Shown: positions 18,000 through 28,705, counted from the stretch's first letter. The stretch is DNA of 64,000 nt from Candidatus Bathyarchaeia archaeon (GCA_049515895.1 JBEKTQ010000001.1:32001-96000), one strand, 5' to 3'. The notes: generated by a model not told the origin, from the letters alone. A program made the numbers and translations.

Positions 18000-18842
18000 G
18001 TGTTCAAAACCGTTGGATTGGTCGCCCGCTACGATAAGAAGGCAGCTTTGAAACTTGCTGAAGAGTTGGTGGAGCATCTTGCAAAGAAAGGATTGAAAGT
18101 TTACTTGGAAGACACCTTGGTGGGAAAGGTAGTTGCGCCTCAGGCAGAGATGGTTTCTCTTGAAAAAATGCAAACTGACTTCATAATAACGATTGGCGGG
18201 GACGGAACAATTCTCCGTACCTGCATCACCATTGCCAAGCCTGAACCCCCACTCTTAACCGTTAACATGGGTGAGCGAGGATTTTTAACTGAGATAGAAC
18301 CGAAAAACGCCTGCGAATCAGTGGACAAAATCTTGAGGGGCGAATACAAAATAGAAAAATGCGCTAAGCTATCTGTTGTGGCAAGCGGCAAGTCATTTCC
18401 CGATGCCTTAAACGACGTTGTCATTTCTGCCGGTGAACCGTCCAGCATTCTTAGTGCAAAGATATGCAAGGATGGAAAACCGATTCTTAAATGTCAAGCA
18501 GACGGATTGATCATTGCGACCCCAACAGGCTCCACGGGTTATTCTCTTTCGGCTGGAGGACCTGTTTTGGATTCCGGGGTTGGTGCCTTTGTCATAACAC
18601 CCATCTGCTCATTAACCGCCTTTCCTTCAATTGTCTTCCCAGCGGATTCAACCATAACCCTCAACGTGTTCCGCCCGAAGGAAGTGCTTATCTCGATAGA
18701 CGGAAAATACCGTAAACTCGTAAGCGACAAAGAGCCGACCCTAAAAGTCACCGTGTCAAAGAATTCGACGTCGTTTATCAGGTTTGAAGTAGACTTCTAT
18801 GACCGACTACGAAATCGACTTCTTTTTAAGGGAACACAATGA
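18000..18842 (+). CDS. nadK: NAD(+) kinase
   Basis: GGDGTIL, NMGERGFL, ALND, DGLIIATPTGSTGYSLSAGGP. Confidence 0.95.
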   Translation: MFKTVGLVARYDKKAALKLAEELVEHLAKKGLKVYLEDTLVGKVVAPQAEMVSLEKMQTDFIITIGGDGTILRTCITIAKPEPPLLTVNMGERGFLTEIEPKNACESVDKILRGEYKIEKCAKLSVVASGKSFPDALNDVVISAGEPSSILSAKICKDGKPILKCQADGLIIATPTGSTGYSLSAGGPVLDSGVGAFVITPICSLTAFPSIVFPADSTITLNVFRPKEVLISIDGKYRKLVSDKEPTLKVTVSKNSTSFIRFEVDFYDRLRNRLLFKGTQ

Positions 18843-19390
18843 AAACCCAAACTGGCAATCAATGCAAAAAAATAATCATACTGGATACCTCTGCTTTTTT
18901 GGCGGGCTTTGACCCATTCTCTTTAAGCGAAGAGCAAGTAACCGTTCCCAGCGTTGAAGAAGAAATAAAAAGAAACTCGATGATTTCCACGCGGTTTAGG
19001 ACAGCCATCGAAAGCGGGAAACTCAAAGTCAAAGCGCCTAGCCAGAAGTTTCTCGACGACGCCAAGGTTTCTGCAAGCAAACTCGGCGATTCATACCTTC
19101 TTTCGAAGGCGGACATCCAACTTTTGGCTTTGGCACTTGAAATGAAAACCGAAGGCTACGCCCCCCAAATCGTTACCGACGACTATTCAATCCAAAACGT
19201 TGCGACACAGAGGGGAGTTGAATTCTTGGCGCTCGCCACTTTCGGGATCAAACGCCTTCTGGAGTGGATAAGATACTGCCCAGCATGTCACAGAGAATAC
19301 CCTGCTGACTGCGTATCCAAAGAGTGCTTGGTCTGCGGCACCCAGCTAAAGAGAAAGCCGCGTAGAACCGTCAAGAATGTGCACACTTGA
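18839..19390 (+). CDS. nob1: Nob1 PIN-domain endonuclease (SSU rRNA maturation)
   Basis: ILDTSAF, LSKADI, TDDYSIQNVA and a C-terminal CPAC..CLVCG Zn ribbon. Confidence 0.92.
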   Translation: MKTQTGNQCKKIIILDTSAFLAGFDPFSLSEEQVTVPSVEEEIKRNSMISTRFRTAIESGKLKVKAPSQKFLDDAKVSASKLGDSYLLSKADIQLLALALEMKTEGYAPQIVTDDYSIQNVATQRGVEFLALATFGIKRLLEWIRYCPACHREYPADCVSKECLVCGTQLKRKPRRTVKNVHT

Positions 19391-19395
19391 TCGGC

Positions 19396-20730
19396 TCAAG
19401 TTTCCTTCGCGACCTCTGTAATTGTATCCTCAATGATATCCAATGCCGAGTCTAGCAGGTCTGTTTGTATGGTAAGCGGTGGAGCTATTCTAAGCGTTGA
19501 AACCCCACACGTAACAACTGCTACTCCACGCTTCCACGAACGCATCATAACCTCGAAGGCCTTCTTTGCTGCGGGTTTTCTTGTTTCCTTGTCCTCTACG
19601 AGTTCAACGCCGATCATCAGCCCTTTTCCGCGCACCTCTCCTACTAGGTTATTAGTTTGTCCGAAATCCACCAGTCGCTTCTCAATATAATCTCCCTGCT
19701 TTTTCGCGTTATCTAGCAAACATTCTTCTTTTATGACGTTGAGGACTGCGAGGGCGGCGGCGCAGGACACTGGATTTCCCCCGAAGGTGCTTGCATGCGA
19801 ACCCGCGGTCCAATCCATAATGGACGCTTTGGCGACGGCAGCGCCAATTGGTAAGCCTGAAGCTAAGGCCTTGGCACAGCTGATTATGTCGGGTTCAACA
19901 CCCCAATGCTCGATGGCGAACCATTTGCCAGTTCTGCCTATGCCCGACTGCACTTCGTCGTCAATTAGAAGTATCCCGTATTCGTTGGCGATTTTCTTGA
20001 GTTTTTGGAAAAACTCCGGTGGAGGAACCACGTAGCCGCCTTCGCCTTGGATAGGCTCAAAAAGAATAGCCGCCACGTCTTCGGGAGGCATATACTTATG
20101 CAGAACTTGCTCTTCGATGAAGTCTGCACACCAATAATTGCAGTTGGGACGCGTTAACTTGAATGGGCAACGGTAGCAATATGGGTAGGGAACATGGGCT
20201 ACGCCGGGCATCAGGGGAGAGAAATATCGCCTTTGGACCGCTTTGCTGGCGGTGAAAGCTAACGAACCCATCGTTCGACCGTGGAAAGCGCTTACAAAAC
20301 CGATGAACAAAGGTTTTCGCGTATGCCACCTGGCAAGTTTAACTGCCGCTTCAACGGCTTCGGTGCCGCTGTTGCCGAAAAACGTTTTTTTCTTGGATTC
20401 GCCAGGAGTGATCTCCGACAGCTTTTCGGCCAGGTTGATTGCTTCTTTGTAGTAGAAGTCAGTGTTGGAATAATGCAGGAAGCGGCTGCACTGAGCTTTT
20501 ATGGCGTCCACGACACGGGGGTTGTTGTGGCCAACGTTCATGCAGGCTATGCCAGCGTTAAAGTCGATGTACTCGTTTCCATCAACATCTTTAACTATGC
20601 AGTCGTTCGCTGAATCGATACAAAGCGGATAATACCGCAAGTAAGACGGAGAAACAAACTGTTCATCCTTCTTAACTAGCTCTCTAGCCTTGGGTCCAGG
20701 GGGAGAAACAACAATTTTTGGATAAGACAT
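19396..20730 (-). CDS. Class III PLP aminotransferase (4-aminobutyrate/acetylornithine aminotransferase family)
   Basis: NSGTEAVEAA, FHGRT, EPIQGEGGY, DEVQSGIGRTG, AKALASG, HASTFGGNP. Confidence 0.92.
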   Translation of the reverse strand: MSYPKIVVSPPGPKARELVKKDEQFVSPSYLRYYPLCIDSANDCIVKDVDGNEYIDFNAGIACMNVGHNNPRVVDAIKAQCSRFLHYSNTDFYYKEAINLAEKLSEITPGESKKKTFFGNSGTEAVEAAVKLARWHTRKPLFIGFVSAFHGRTMGSLAFTASKAVQRRYFSPLMPGVAHVPYPYCYRCPFKLTRPNCNYWCADFIEEQVLHKYMPPEDVAAILFEPIQGEGGYVVPPPEFFQKLKKIANEYGILLIDDEVQSGIGRTGKWFAIEHWGVEPDIISCAKALASGLPIGAAVAKASIMDWTAGSHASTFGGNPVSCAAALAVLNVIKEECLLDNAKKQGDYIEKRLVDFGQTNNLVGEVRGKGLMIGVELVEDKETRKPAAKKAFEVMMRSWKRGVAVVTCGVSTLRIAPPLTIQTDLLDSALDIIEDTITEVAKET

Positions 20731-20809
20731 TTCGGAGAAAACTCCATCAAAAAAGGACTAGTAGACACGCAATATTAATCTTTAGTCGCAAAGAATGGCA
20801 GCATTTAAT

Positions 20810-22615
20810 TTATAGAAACGTTAGAATCAAGATTAAGATTAGCCCTTCCAACCCGAAGACCGGAATTACCGTTTGCTTGACTTTTTGAATTGCTCGGTCA
20901 ACTAGCGTGGTCATTGACTTCAACCGTTCTTCCCCAATAGTTCTGACTTGGGGAACAACCAATTGCAGGCAACCTGCGTTTGAAACTTCCAAGTTATCTG
21001 CTGCCTTCTTCGCTACGTCACAGATAATTCGTTTCAGCAGTTCCTGATCCATGGCTTCGCCCACAGGATGGTAGCCTCGGCGGCCAGTGACGATTGCGCT
21101 TACTGCATGCGTATCCGTGGTGAAGACTTCGCTCTCGCTGAAACCAGCCAAAGCCAACGCTGCAAGAAGCTTCTCTCGCAAACGAGAAATCATGTTATTT
21201 CCATCGACAACAACGTAGGCCGTTTTCTGCTCCTGCACCTCAACAACTATTGCGGTGATCCCGCCGCTTCCCATTCCTGACTTGAGAGAAAACTCAGGAG
21301 GATAAACGCTGGCGGCGCCGACCCTGAACTGGCTGGTTGGTTGTGTGACCACTTTTTGGAGACATTTTGAAGCGGCAGCGTGCAGAGCATCTAAATGCTC
21401 TTCGACCTCTACGATGTCCGTGATGCTGTTGTGAGCATTAACCACCATAAAGTGGTTTAAGCCGTATTTTGCTGCTTCCTCACTTACAATGTGGCCTAAC
21501 TCTTGTGGAAGGTCTTCAGTTGTTTCAGGAGCAAGCGTAAAACTGAGAAAGACAGTATCGCCGAAGATCTGGCATGAAGCAGACGCCACCCCTTGAGAAA
21601 CCCGAACAAAAGGCGACGCCGAAGCAGCTGACGCCTTAAATCGTGCAGAAGATATCACTTGAGAGATGATTTTGCGGTTCTGCGCTTGTGATGCCAAATC
21701 GCGTTCATGCCCCAATATGCCCAGCGGCGTGCAAGCTTCGCAGTTGTATTCTCTCTGAAATTCATGCTTCATCATAGAAGGCAAGAGGCTGCTGCCGATG
21801 TTCTTGAATGGCCCTGGGTGCACACATGGAACGATTATGGCGGCTTTAGGTTTGGATGATTCAAACTTCAAGAGGTTAACTTCGATGTCCTTGTCCTCAC
21901 CCATGTCTTCAAAGAATTTTTCAAGAGGGGCATTGGAACCCGTTACCCAGTTGGCTATGAAGGCTTTGAAAAGGGGAAGTGAGGAAATTGAGTATTTCCT
22001 GCCCAAACGCTCGATGGGAAAAAAGAACAGTAGCGCCGTCAGCAATGCGACTACTGGAGAGAGAATTATGAAGGGCAGAACCTGCAAAAGTGGGATACCA
22101 TTTGAAGCCCAAAGGACAACTAAGGGAACTAAACACAGTGACGGCTGGAGCAAAACTGATAATCCCCTCCGCCACACATCTGCACCAGACGTGGCCATAA
22201 ACACTATGATTCTAAGGGTTACGATTCCGGCGAAACCTATCAGAGTGAGCTTTTCCGACAGTTGCCAACCGAAAAGGGAACCTAACGCGACGCCGATTAG
22301 TATGAAGATTAGCCAGAAAACCAAACTGAACAACGAAAGCACATGGGTACGCCGCATAAGGAAAATCGGGTCGTTTCTAAGAATTAGTTTACTGACTATT
22401 AAATCCGCGATAACCGTAAGGACAAAAAGCGAAAGAGCAAGAAGGAGGGCACGGATTAAACCCTGAGATGGAACGGCATAAGTCAACAGCCCAATCACGA
22501 AGCACACAACTGCGACAGCTACAAGCGCTTTTTTGAGCGACGGAAGAGTAAACATGGATGAGTAATGTTTCTTCGCGTCGTCTATGGAACGGTTAAGCGA
22601 ATTTGTGTCGTCCAT
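20810..22615 (-). CDS. DUF2070 family membrane protein
   Basis: N-terminal TM bundle; VHPGPF..GSS.LP, NAHN, DGNN, TTDTH motifs. Confidence 0.85.
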   Translation of the reverse strand: MDDTNSLNRSIDDAKKHYSSMFTLPSLKKALVAVAVVCFVIGLLTYAVPSQGLIRALLLALSLFVLTVIADLIVSKLILRNDPIFLMRRTHVLSLFSLVFWLIFILIGVALGSLFGWQLSEKLTLIGFAGIVTLRIIVFMATSGADVWRRGLSVLLQPSLCLVPLVVLWASNGIPLLQVLPFIILSPVVALLTALLFFFPIERLGRKYSISSLPLFKAFIANWVTGSNAPLEKFFEDMGEDKDIEVNLLKFESSKPKAAIIVPCVHPGPFKNIGSSLLPSMMKHEFQREYNCEACTPLGILGHERDLASQAQNRKIISQVISSARFKASAASASPFVRVSQGVASASCQIFGDTVFLSFTLAPETTEDLPQELGHIVSEEAAKYGLNHFMVVNAHNSITDIVEVEEHLDALHAAASKCLQKVVTQPTSQFRVGAASVYPPEFSLKSGMGSGGITAIVVEVQEQKTAYVVVDGNNMISRLREKLLAALALAGFSESEVFTTDTHAVSAIVTGRRGYHPVGEAMDQELLKRIICDVAKKAADNLEVSNAGCLQLVVPQVRTIGEERLKSMTTLVDRAIQKVKQTVIPVFGLEGLILILILTFL

Positions 22616-22864
22616 GTTAACAGCTCAAGGTTGAGTTACTTAAGGAAACAGGAGAGGCTTATTAAAATTTAGTCAAGGTAGACTTGAAGTCTTGACAGGA
22701 AACACACTTTTTCTGCAATAGACTGCTGATTCGGCTGATGTTTTAGCACCTAGAAGTCAACGCACGGGGGAAAAGCAGGCTTTCCCAAGCTTCATCGCTG
22801 AAAATCAACATGCTGCATCAGGGCAATTGTTTTATCTTTAACTTGACTACTGTATTAGTTTGCG

Positions 22865-23161
22865 ATGGCTATGTCAGAACGAGACTTGCCTCCTTCAATA
22901 TTTCACATGCTGGAGCGAAACGTGGGCAAGAAAATTAGGGTAATCATTGACCCAGCTTACGGTTTCGAGGGCACACTAGCCGCGGTGACATATGAGCCGT
23001 CGGGAATCTGGCTATCTGAGGCAGAAGCTATCGTTTTAAGATCAACCATTGCGCAACCCATCCCGCAAATTACAAGTCGAGAAGAAAGAAGCGAGATATT
23101 TCTACACTTGAATTCAGTTCAAAGAATAGAGGTTCTGCACGCAAATGCTCCTAGACGGTAA
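22865..23161 (+). CDS. Sm/Lsm-like fold protein
   Basis: L...VGKKIRVII....FEGTL......IWLSEA (Sm1) and SEIFLHLNSVQRIE (Sm2) pattern. Confidence 0.6.
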   Translation: MAMSERDLPPSIFHMLERNVGKKIRVIIDPAYGFEGTLAAVTYEPSGIWLSEAEAIVLRSTIAQPIPQITSREERSEIFLHLNSVQRIEVLHANAPRR

Positions 23162-23170
23162 ACAAAGCTT

Positions 23171-23344
23171 TTAAGGGAAGAATATTTTCGCCATCACTGA
23201 AAGAACAATTAGTGTAACTGAAAAAACCACAAGCAGTTCAGGTCTCATTTTTATCCCTTCAGTTTCTTCCTCGAAGAATCTGAGCAAACCCGCGCTTGCT
23301 GCAGGCATTGGACCAGTGTCTTTCTTTTTCCTTCTAGTACTCAC
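23171..23344 (-). CDS. secG: Preprotein translocase subunit Sec61beta (not in ORF track)
   Basis: MSTRRKKKDTGPMPAASAGLLRFFEEETEGIKMRPELLVVFSVTLIVLSVMAKIFFP*; AGLLRFFEEE signature. Confidence 0.92.
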   Translation of the reverse strand: MSTRRKKKDTGPMPAASAGLLRFFEEETEGIKMRPELLVVFSVTLIVLSVMAKIFFP

Positions 23345-23482
23345 TAGCTATCCCTGCCTTCTCAATGTTACCGTATCCATTAATTAATGTTGCGCAGACT
23401 GGCAATCCGAAACCTTCACTTTCGTTGATGGTTAGAAATGTTTAAACTCCGCTTTGTTTAGACACTAAAACTCGGGGAGCAC

Positions 23483-23773
23483 ATGCTCATAAGTGAATTC
23501 CAGCAGATGATGCGTCAACTATACTTCAAGAGAGACTTTGAACGGGGAGCAGAAGGAACTTTCAATTGGCTTGTTGATGAAGTCGGGGAATTAGGGGAAG
23601 AACTGAAAAAAGGAACCGACAGGGAAGCCACTGAGAAAGAGTTCGCAGACGTCATTGCATGGCTTGCTTCTCTTGCAAACATAATGGGAATCGATCTGGA
23701 GCAAGCAGCTGTCAACAAGTACAATTATAAATGCCCAAAATGCGAACAAACCCCATGCCAATGCAAATTTTAA
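23483..23773 (+). CDS. MazG-like nucleotide pyrophosphohydrolase
   Basis: WLVDEVGEL...EFADVIAWLASLAN; C-terminal CPKC..PC.C. Confidence 0.88.
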   Translation: MLISEFQQMMRQLYFKRDFERGAEGTFNWLVDEVGELGEELKKGTDREATEKEFADVIAWLASLANIMGIDLEQAAVNKYNYKCPKCEQTPCQCKF

Positions 23774-24021
23774 CCCTGCAGCCGCTTCTGCCCTAAGCCA
23801 GTAGCAGCCCAATTGTAGGGTCTGCGTCCGTTTCGGGTTACGATGCCTTCGTTTTTAAGAAGAGATAGATGATGAATTACAACTTTGTAGGAAAGAGATG
23901 TGGTCTTGGCTATTCTCGGAGCATCGCATGGCTTGTCTTCGAGAGTTTCAAGAATTTTGCTTCTTGCCCTAAGACCATTCTTCATGTTTCTCGTGTTTCT
24001 CAAGTAAGCGTTGGGATGCAA
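23770..24021 (-). CDS. Small ArsR-like winged-helix protein
   Basis: RSKILETL...IAKTTSLSYKVVIHHLSLLKNEGIV. Confidence 0.8.
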   Translation of the reverse strand: MHPNAYLRNTRNMKNGLRARSKILETLEDKPCDAPRIAKTTSLSYKVVIHHLSLLKNEGIVTRNGRRPYNWAATGLGQKRLQG

Positions 24022-24063
24022 AGAGTCACCGGTAGAATACTCCGCTGTTTAGATTGAAAAGCT

Positions 24064-27000
24064 TTAGCTACTGAAATCGAAAAGTTTGGCTTGCTTCGGC
24101 TTTTTGTTGTCAAACATGGATGCTATTTCTTCTTTTATGAGGACCATGCGCTGGGTATAGTAGGTGGGTAAGCCGTACTTGTCAACAAGTTGCTGTGCCG
24201 CGACCAGATACTTCTCTATGTTGCCTTGGTATACGGTAAGAGTTAACTTTCCGCCGCAGAAGGGACATTTACCTTTAAGGGGCAATCGACGAAATTTTTT
24301 GTTGCATGATTTGCACCTGAAAGACTGGGTTGAGAAAGCTCGCAGGTTGCCAGCTATGTCTCTGATAAGGTGAGTGGTCAACACTTTTAACGCTACACGT
24401 TTAACGTCTACAGCATCAATTCTTTCCCCTAACTCCAATTGCTTGTTAAGTTTATCTGCCATCGACTTGAATTCTTTGTATGAGCTGTTGGCGTTCCCCA
24501 CGTTTATGTTGGTCACAGGAGTCGTGTACTGGAAACCTTCGAACTGGGCTTCAGTTCCAAGCCTATGGCTAATGACATCCATAATGGAGCTAACGGGTCC
24601 AGCCTCGCCTTTATCCCAAGTTTTCAAGTAGAACTCCACTGGGTAAGTCTGGTCAACGTCGAAATCGTGAGCTTGCCTCTGCACCTCTTTGGTATTGACA
24701 AACGGAATTAGCAGTATCGGAGCATCCATGATTCCTCCTATTTGAGCTGGCAAGTAAACGCGAGAAAAATTCAGAAGCGTATCTAGCGCCAACATAATCG
24801 CGTCTTCATCCCCATCGCAGTCACGACGCTTGGCCGAGTGCCAAATGGGATGTGCATAAATCACGTTGCGATCGGTGAAGCCGACAACACGCCCCAGAAT
24901 GCATGCGCATGTGTGCGGAGCTAAACCGAAAATGAGGTGGCCAACAAGGTCTTCAGGCTTCTTGACGCTGTAGTAAGGGGGAAGCTTGTAGACTCTGACT
25001 AGCAGGTCATCGATGAAAGCTGCAATTTGAAGGAAGTATTCTCCAGCTTTCCACGGAATTACCACGTCCTGGACTTTGAGTTCACAGACCTGGTTAGCGT
25101 TAGTCAAGGGGAACCCATGAGTGTCGTAGCTATATCCTAGCTGCCTTATTTTTTCAATGGAAATCCCAACTTCCTTGGGAGTAAAATGGGTGAGTGGAGC
25201 ATTTGTGCCGTCAAAACGGATTGTCCCATCCTTGTAAACCGACAACTCGTACTTTGCCCTCAAAATCCCCTTCTCGACAATTTCAGGAGTCTTATTCAGG
25301 TTCGTTAATCCTTTAACGCCCCTCAAAAGTTTTGGAGCGGAATAACCAAGCGATTTGCAAGCGTCATCAACCAACTCTTTGAAGTTAACTGACTGACGCT
25401 GGTAAAAGATAGGGTCTGCTTTGCAGGTTGGACAGGGGTTATCTTTCAATGCTTTTCCGCATCGTGGACAGCATTTCTCCTCTATAGTTTCGCTGCCGCA
25501 GCTCGGACATTTTATCCTGCGAGTGTAACTTTTACAGTTGAGGCACTTACGCCTTACCATTTCAACGAACACATGCTCTTGCTTTGCCGCTTCCAAAAGA
25601 TCTCTGTGTGTGCCGCCCGCTAAGCTTACGGGGAAAAGAACGTGAACAAGAGGCTTCATCTCGCGCCTTTTAGCCTTTTCAGGGCGCCCCATGCGTCCGC
25701 CGACGTAAGTTGGTGCCTTTTCCTTAACTTGCACCCCCGAAAGCCTGCTGATTGCTTCTGTCACACTCAGGGGTTCGGCAGCATCAATCATTCTGCTGGC
25801 GCCGTAACCGAGGCTGAATGCGAAAGCCGCAGCGTCTTCTCCTTCCATACTAATTTTGCCCTTAATGATTTTGTGTGGAGCAAAGATCTTCCTTAACAGT
25901 GCCACGACATCTTGGTTATTTTCCCCCGCAATCCTGCAGACAACATCCTCGTACTTCGTCACTTCTGAGGAATCCAACCAGCTTCTCAGCTCTTCAACCT
26001 CTTGAGCATTGGATAAACTTGACCAAAAAAAAGTGGCACTGGGGTGCAAAGGAACACCAAGGTGTATGCTGAGAAGAATGGCTTCTTTAGCGGTTGGTTT
26101 GTTGCTGAAGGGATCTTCGAGGAACCCCTTGATTTTTTCCACGGAAATCTGAGCGGCGTCAGCTGCTTTCCGGATGTCAGAGACGAATTTATTTGCGATT
26201 TGGCTCTGGAGATCCTTATTCCACCATTCCTCAACGTACCCTGAAGGAGGAAGGCTCTTGTTTGAGTAGAGGAAGTCGCCGAAACTGATGAGGATGTCGC
26301 CTAAGAATAGTATTTTCTGGATTTTGCCCTTAACTTCCGCAAAATTCTGAATTGAAACCCTTACAACTGAATTATCTTTAAGCAGAACAACGGGAGGTTC
26401 GATCGAGTCCACTGGAAGGGTAACGCAGCCTTTGCCGGGAAGCTCCAGACGCATCTGCGTGCCTGCTGCCAGAAAGTTTTCAAGCACAAGCATAGTTGCG
26501 GGATGAATGCCGACGGCTGACAACCCTGTGTTCCGTGACCTGCCATACCGCAGCCTAAAGCCGCCGCGTCTTGAGGGGAAAGCAAATATCGGCCGCCCGG
26601 CTATCACGTCATCCATGAAGCCGCCTGACTTCTTCTCTGACTTCTTCTTGAACTCTTTGAGCCAATCCCAACCCTGAAAACCTATCTTCTTGATAATCAC
26701 GTGGACTTTTTGGGCACGCCCCACAATGCCGTCGTTAACAACCCTAAGCGCACCACCTCTTACACGGTTTGTTTCAACTCTGGGAAGGTTTCGGTATGAG
26801 GAAACTTCAACTGGGTCGGATTCGGTGCCCGTGCATTCCACCGGAATCAGGTAAAGCGCTTTCTTTAATTCGTCGTCAGGAATGTGGTATTGAAAACGGC
26901 CTACGGATCGTTCATAGAGCCTAAGTTCTTCAGTGAAACGGGCAACTTCTTCCTCCGTGGGCTTGTACCTATCCAACCCTAACTGTTGTCTGACGAAGTC

Positions 27001-27477
27001 GCCTACAACCAAAGTTAACGCTTGGTCTGTTCCGCCCGCTGACCTTATCGGGCCTGCGAAGTATATTGCCAAGTATCGGGTTCTGTCGGCGTTGGTTTTT
27101 ATTTTTACTTGAGCGATGCCTTGAATCGGCGCAGCTGTTAAGCCCTCAGTGAAAATTGCAAGAGCTGTCCTTATCGCTTGTTCAGCCAGCTTCTCAGGGT
27201 CTGTTGTGCCGAATTTGCCCAGGACGATTTCCTCGGCCACTTTGAAGGCTATCTCCTCTCTTTGCATCTTAGTGCTTAATTCCCTGATGCTCAGTGCCAC
27301 TTGCTTCGGTCCAACAAGTCCCTCCACCAAATCAGCGATGTCTTGGGCAATAATACATTCTGTCTTCAAGGCTGGGTCCAAGCCTTCAGATCTTGCGCTG
27401 TCGCTTATTGCATACAAGTGCTTTAGCTCGTTTTCCAATGAGTCAACGTAGTTTAGATAGCCCTTGCTGATGTTCAA
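24064..27477 (-). CDS. polC: DNA polymerase D large subunit DP2 (no intein)
   Basis: GPIRSAGGT, GGFRLRYGRSRN, RMGRPEKA, HSAKRRDCDGDED catalytic motif, Zn fingers, C-terminal PIP-like QAKLFDF. Confidence 0.97.
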   Translation of the reverse strand: MNISKGYLNYVDSLENELKHLYAISDSARSEGLDPALKTECIIAQDIADLVEGLVGPKQVALSIRELSTKMQREEIAFKVAEEIVLGKFGTTDPEKLAEQAIRTALAIFTEGLTAAPIQGIAQVKIKTNADRTRYLAIYFAGPIRSAGGTDQALTLVVGDFVRQQLGLDRYKPTEEEVARFTEELRLYERSVGRFQYHIPDDELKKALYLIPVECTGTESDPVEVSSYRNLPRVETNRVRGGALRVVNDGIVGRAQKVHVIIKKIGFQGWDWLKEFKKKSEKKSGGFMDDVIAGRPIFAFPSRRGGFRLRYGRSRNTGLSAVGIHPATMLVLENFLAAGTQMRLELPGKGCVTLPVDSIEPPVVLLKDNSVVRVSIQNFAEVKGKIQKILFLGDILISFGDFLYSNKSLPPSGYVEEWWNKDLQSQIANKFVSDIRKAADAAQISVEKIKGFLEDPFSNKPTAKEAILLSIHLGVPLHPSATFFWSSLSNAQEVEELRSWLDSSEVTKYEDVVCRIAGENNQDVVALLRKIFAPHKIIKGKISMEGEDAAAFAFSLGYGASRMIDAAEPLSVTEAISRLSGVQVKEKAPTYVGGRMGRPEKAKRREMKPLVHVLFPVSLAGGTHRDLLEAAKQEHVFVEMVRRKCLNCKSYTRRIKCPSCGSETIEEKCCPRCGKALKDNPCPTCKADPIFYQRQSVNFKELVDDACKSLGYSAPKLLRGVKGLTNLNKTPEIVEKGILRAKYELSVYKDGTIRFDGTNAPLTHFTPKEVGISIEKIRQLGYSYDTHGFPLTNANQVCELKVQDVVIPWKAGEYFLQIAAFIDDLLVRVYKLPPYYSVKKPEDLVGHLIFGLAPHTCACILGRVVGFTDRNVIYAHPIWHSAKRRDCDGDEDAIMLALDTLLNFSRVYLPAQIGGIMDAPILLIPFVNTKEVQRQAHDFDVDQTYPVEFYLKTWDKGEAGPVSSIMDVISHRLGTEAQFEGFQYTTPVTNINVGNANSSYKEFKSMADKLNKQLELGERIDAVDVKRVALKVLTTHLIRDIAGNLRAFSTQSFRCKSCNKKFRRLPLKGKCPFCGGKLTLTVYQGNIEKYLVAAQQLVDKYGLPTYYTQRMVLIKEEIASMFDNKKPKQAKLFDFSS

Positions 27478-27567
27478 AGCGCAGCTCCCAAGGCAAGATA
27501 TACAGTGATGGTTTATTTTGCTTTTCTAAAAATTAGACGCAAAAGCCAGAAACAAAACGGTGCATAA

Positions 27568-28320
27568 TTAAGCTTTGATGTTTTTAATTGCCGCGATGAT
27601 TTCAGCGACTTTTTGCTTAGAACCGGACGTCTCTGTAACGTTCCCCGTTACTATGATGTCGGCTCCTGCGGAGGCGGCAGCTACTGCTTGCTCCTTGGTT
27701 CTAATTCCTCCGCCAACGATAAGGGGGATTTCAAGTACATGCTTCACTGCATGAATCATCTCTGGAGGTACTGGGTCTTTCGCGCCCGAACCGCCCTCAA
27801 GATAAACGAACCGCATACCTAGATATTGGCCCGCCAGCGCATGGGCTGCAGCAAGTTCCGGCTTGTTGTAAGGCACGGAGATTGCTTTTCCTACGATGCC
27901 AGCCGTTCCGCCTTCACCGACAATTATGTATCCCATGGATAAGGGTTCTAAATGGTATTTTTTGACAAGTGGTGCACCAAGTATTTGCGCGCCGATGAGA
28001 AAATAGGGGTCAACCGAGTTTAGAAGTGACATGAACCATATTGCGTCTGCATGGCTGCTAATGCCTGTTACGTTATTTGGGAAAAGTATTGTGGGGAGAG
28101 TTACGCGTGATTTGATAGCTTTGACGACGTCGTCGAGATGCGTCTGAGAAATAAATGTTGAGCCTCCAATCATGATGGCGGCTGTTCCGCTGTTTTTGGA
28201 GTTTTCAGCGATGCGTGAGGCATCTTGGGCTGTCACTTTTTCAGGGTCAATAAGTGTTAGGTGGATGGAGCCTTCGGTTTTCATTTTTTCAAGCAAGTAT
28301 TTTTCGGTAGGCCCTAGCAT
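27568..28320 (-). CDS. Geranylgeranylglyceryl phosphate synthase (group II)
   Basis: HLTLIDPEK, IMIGGS, LFP, SLLNS, YLEGGSGA, VGGGIR. Confidence 0.93.
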   Translation of the reverse strand: MLGPTEKYLLEKMKTEGSIHLTLIDPEKVTAQDASRIAENSKNSGTAAIMIGGSTFISQTHLDDVVKAIKSRVTLPTILFPNNVTGISSHADAIWFMSLLNSVDPYFLIGAQILGAPLVKKYHLEPLSMGYIIVGEGGTAGIVGKAISVPYNKPELAAAHALAGQYLGMRFVYLEGGSGAKDPVPPEMIHAVKHVLEIPLIVGGGIRTKEQAVAAASAGADIIVTGNVTETSGSKQKVAEIIAAIKNIKA

Positions 28321-28336
28321 GCCAATAATCCTTCAA

Positions 28337-28606
28337 TTACTCTTTCTTTAAGTTCGGTAATGGCGCTCTCTTGCCGGAACCGTAAACTCGGTCGGTTAGC
28401 ATGCAGTAAACGTCAACTTCGCCTTGAGCTGGTTTAACTGGAAACTCTTCTTTAAGACCGCAACTACTACATTGGGCAACTGCGTGACCGCCGTCTTCTC
28501 TAGAAATTTCAACTTTAACGGTTTCCTTTCCACATCTGGGACAGGAAAAGAACTTTGGCAAACGCTTCTTGGGAATATGAACAACTTTTTTCCTTCTTCG
28601 ACCCAA
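28337..28606 (-). CDS. elf1: Transcription elongation factor Elf1
   Basis: MGRRRKK..KRLPKFFSCPRCG...CSSCG...VDVYC. Confidence 0.88.
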   Translation of the reverse strand: MGRRRKKVVHIPKKRLPKFFSCPRCGKETVKVEISREDGGHAVAQCSSCGLKEEFPVKPAQGEVDVYCMLTDRVYGSGKRAPLPNLKKE

Positions 28607-28705
28607 CTACAACAGCCTTCAAATCGACGATGATGTTGAGTAATATTTATCCTTGTCCTTAAATACTTGCCTACAAACCAAGAATATAGGTCTGCGTGAA
28701 GCCGA

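Noticed and set aside
21798-22466. 222-aa plus-strand ORF and similar long antisense ORFs (e.g. 54320-54883, 28396-28935)
   Set aside because: Antisense shadows of well-supported genes
24064-27477. Intein in DP2 (or Cdc6)
   Set aside because: Lengths are normal and the catalytic motifs are uninterrupted
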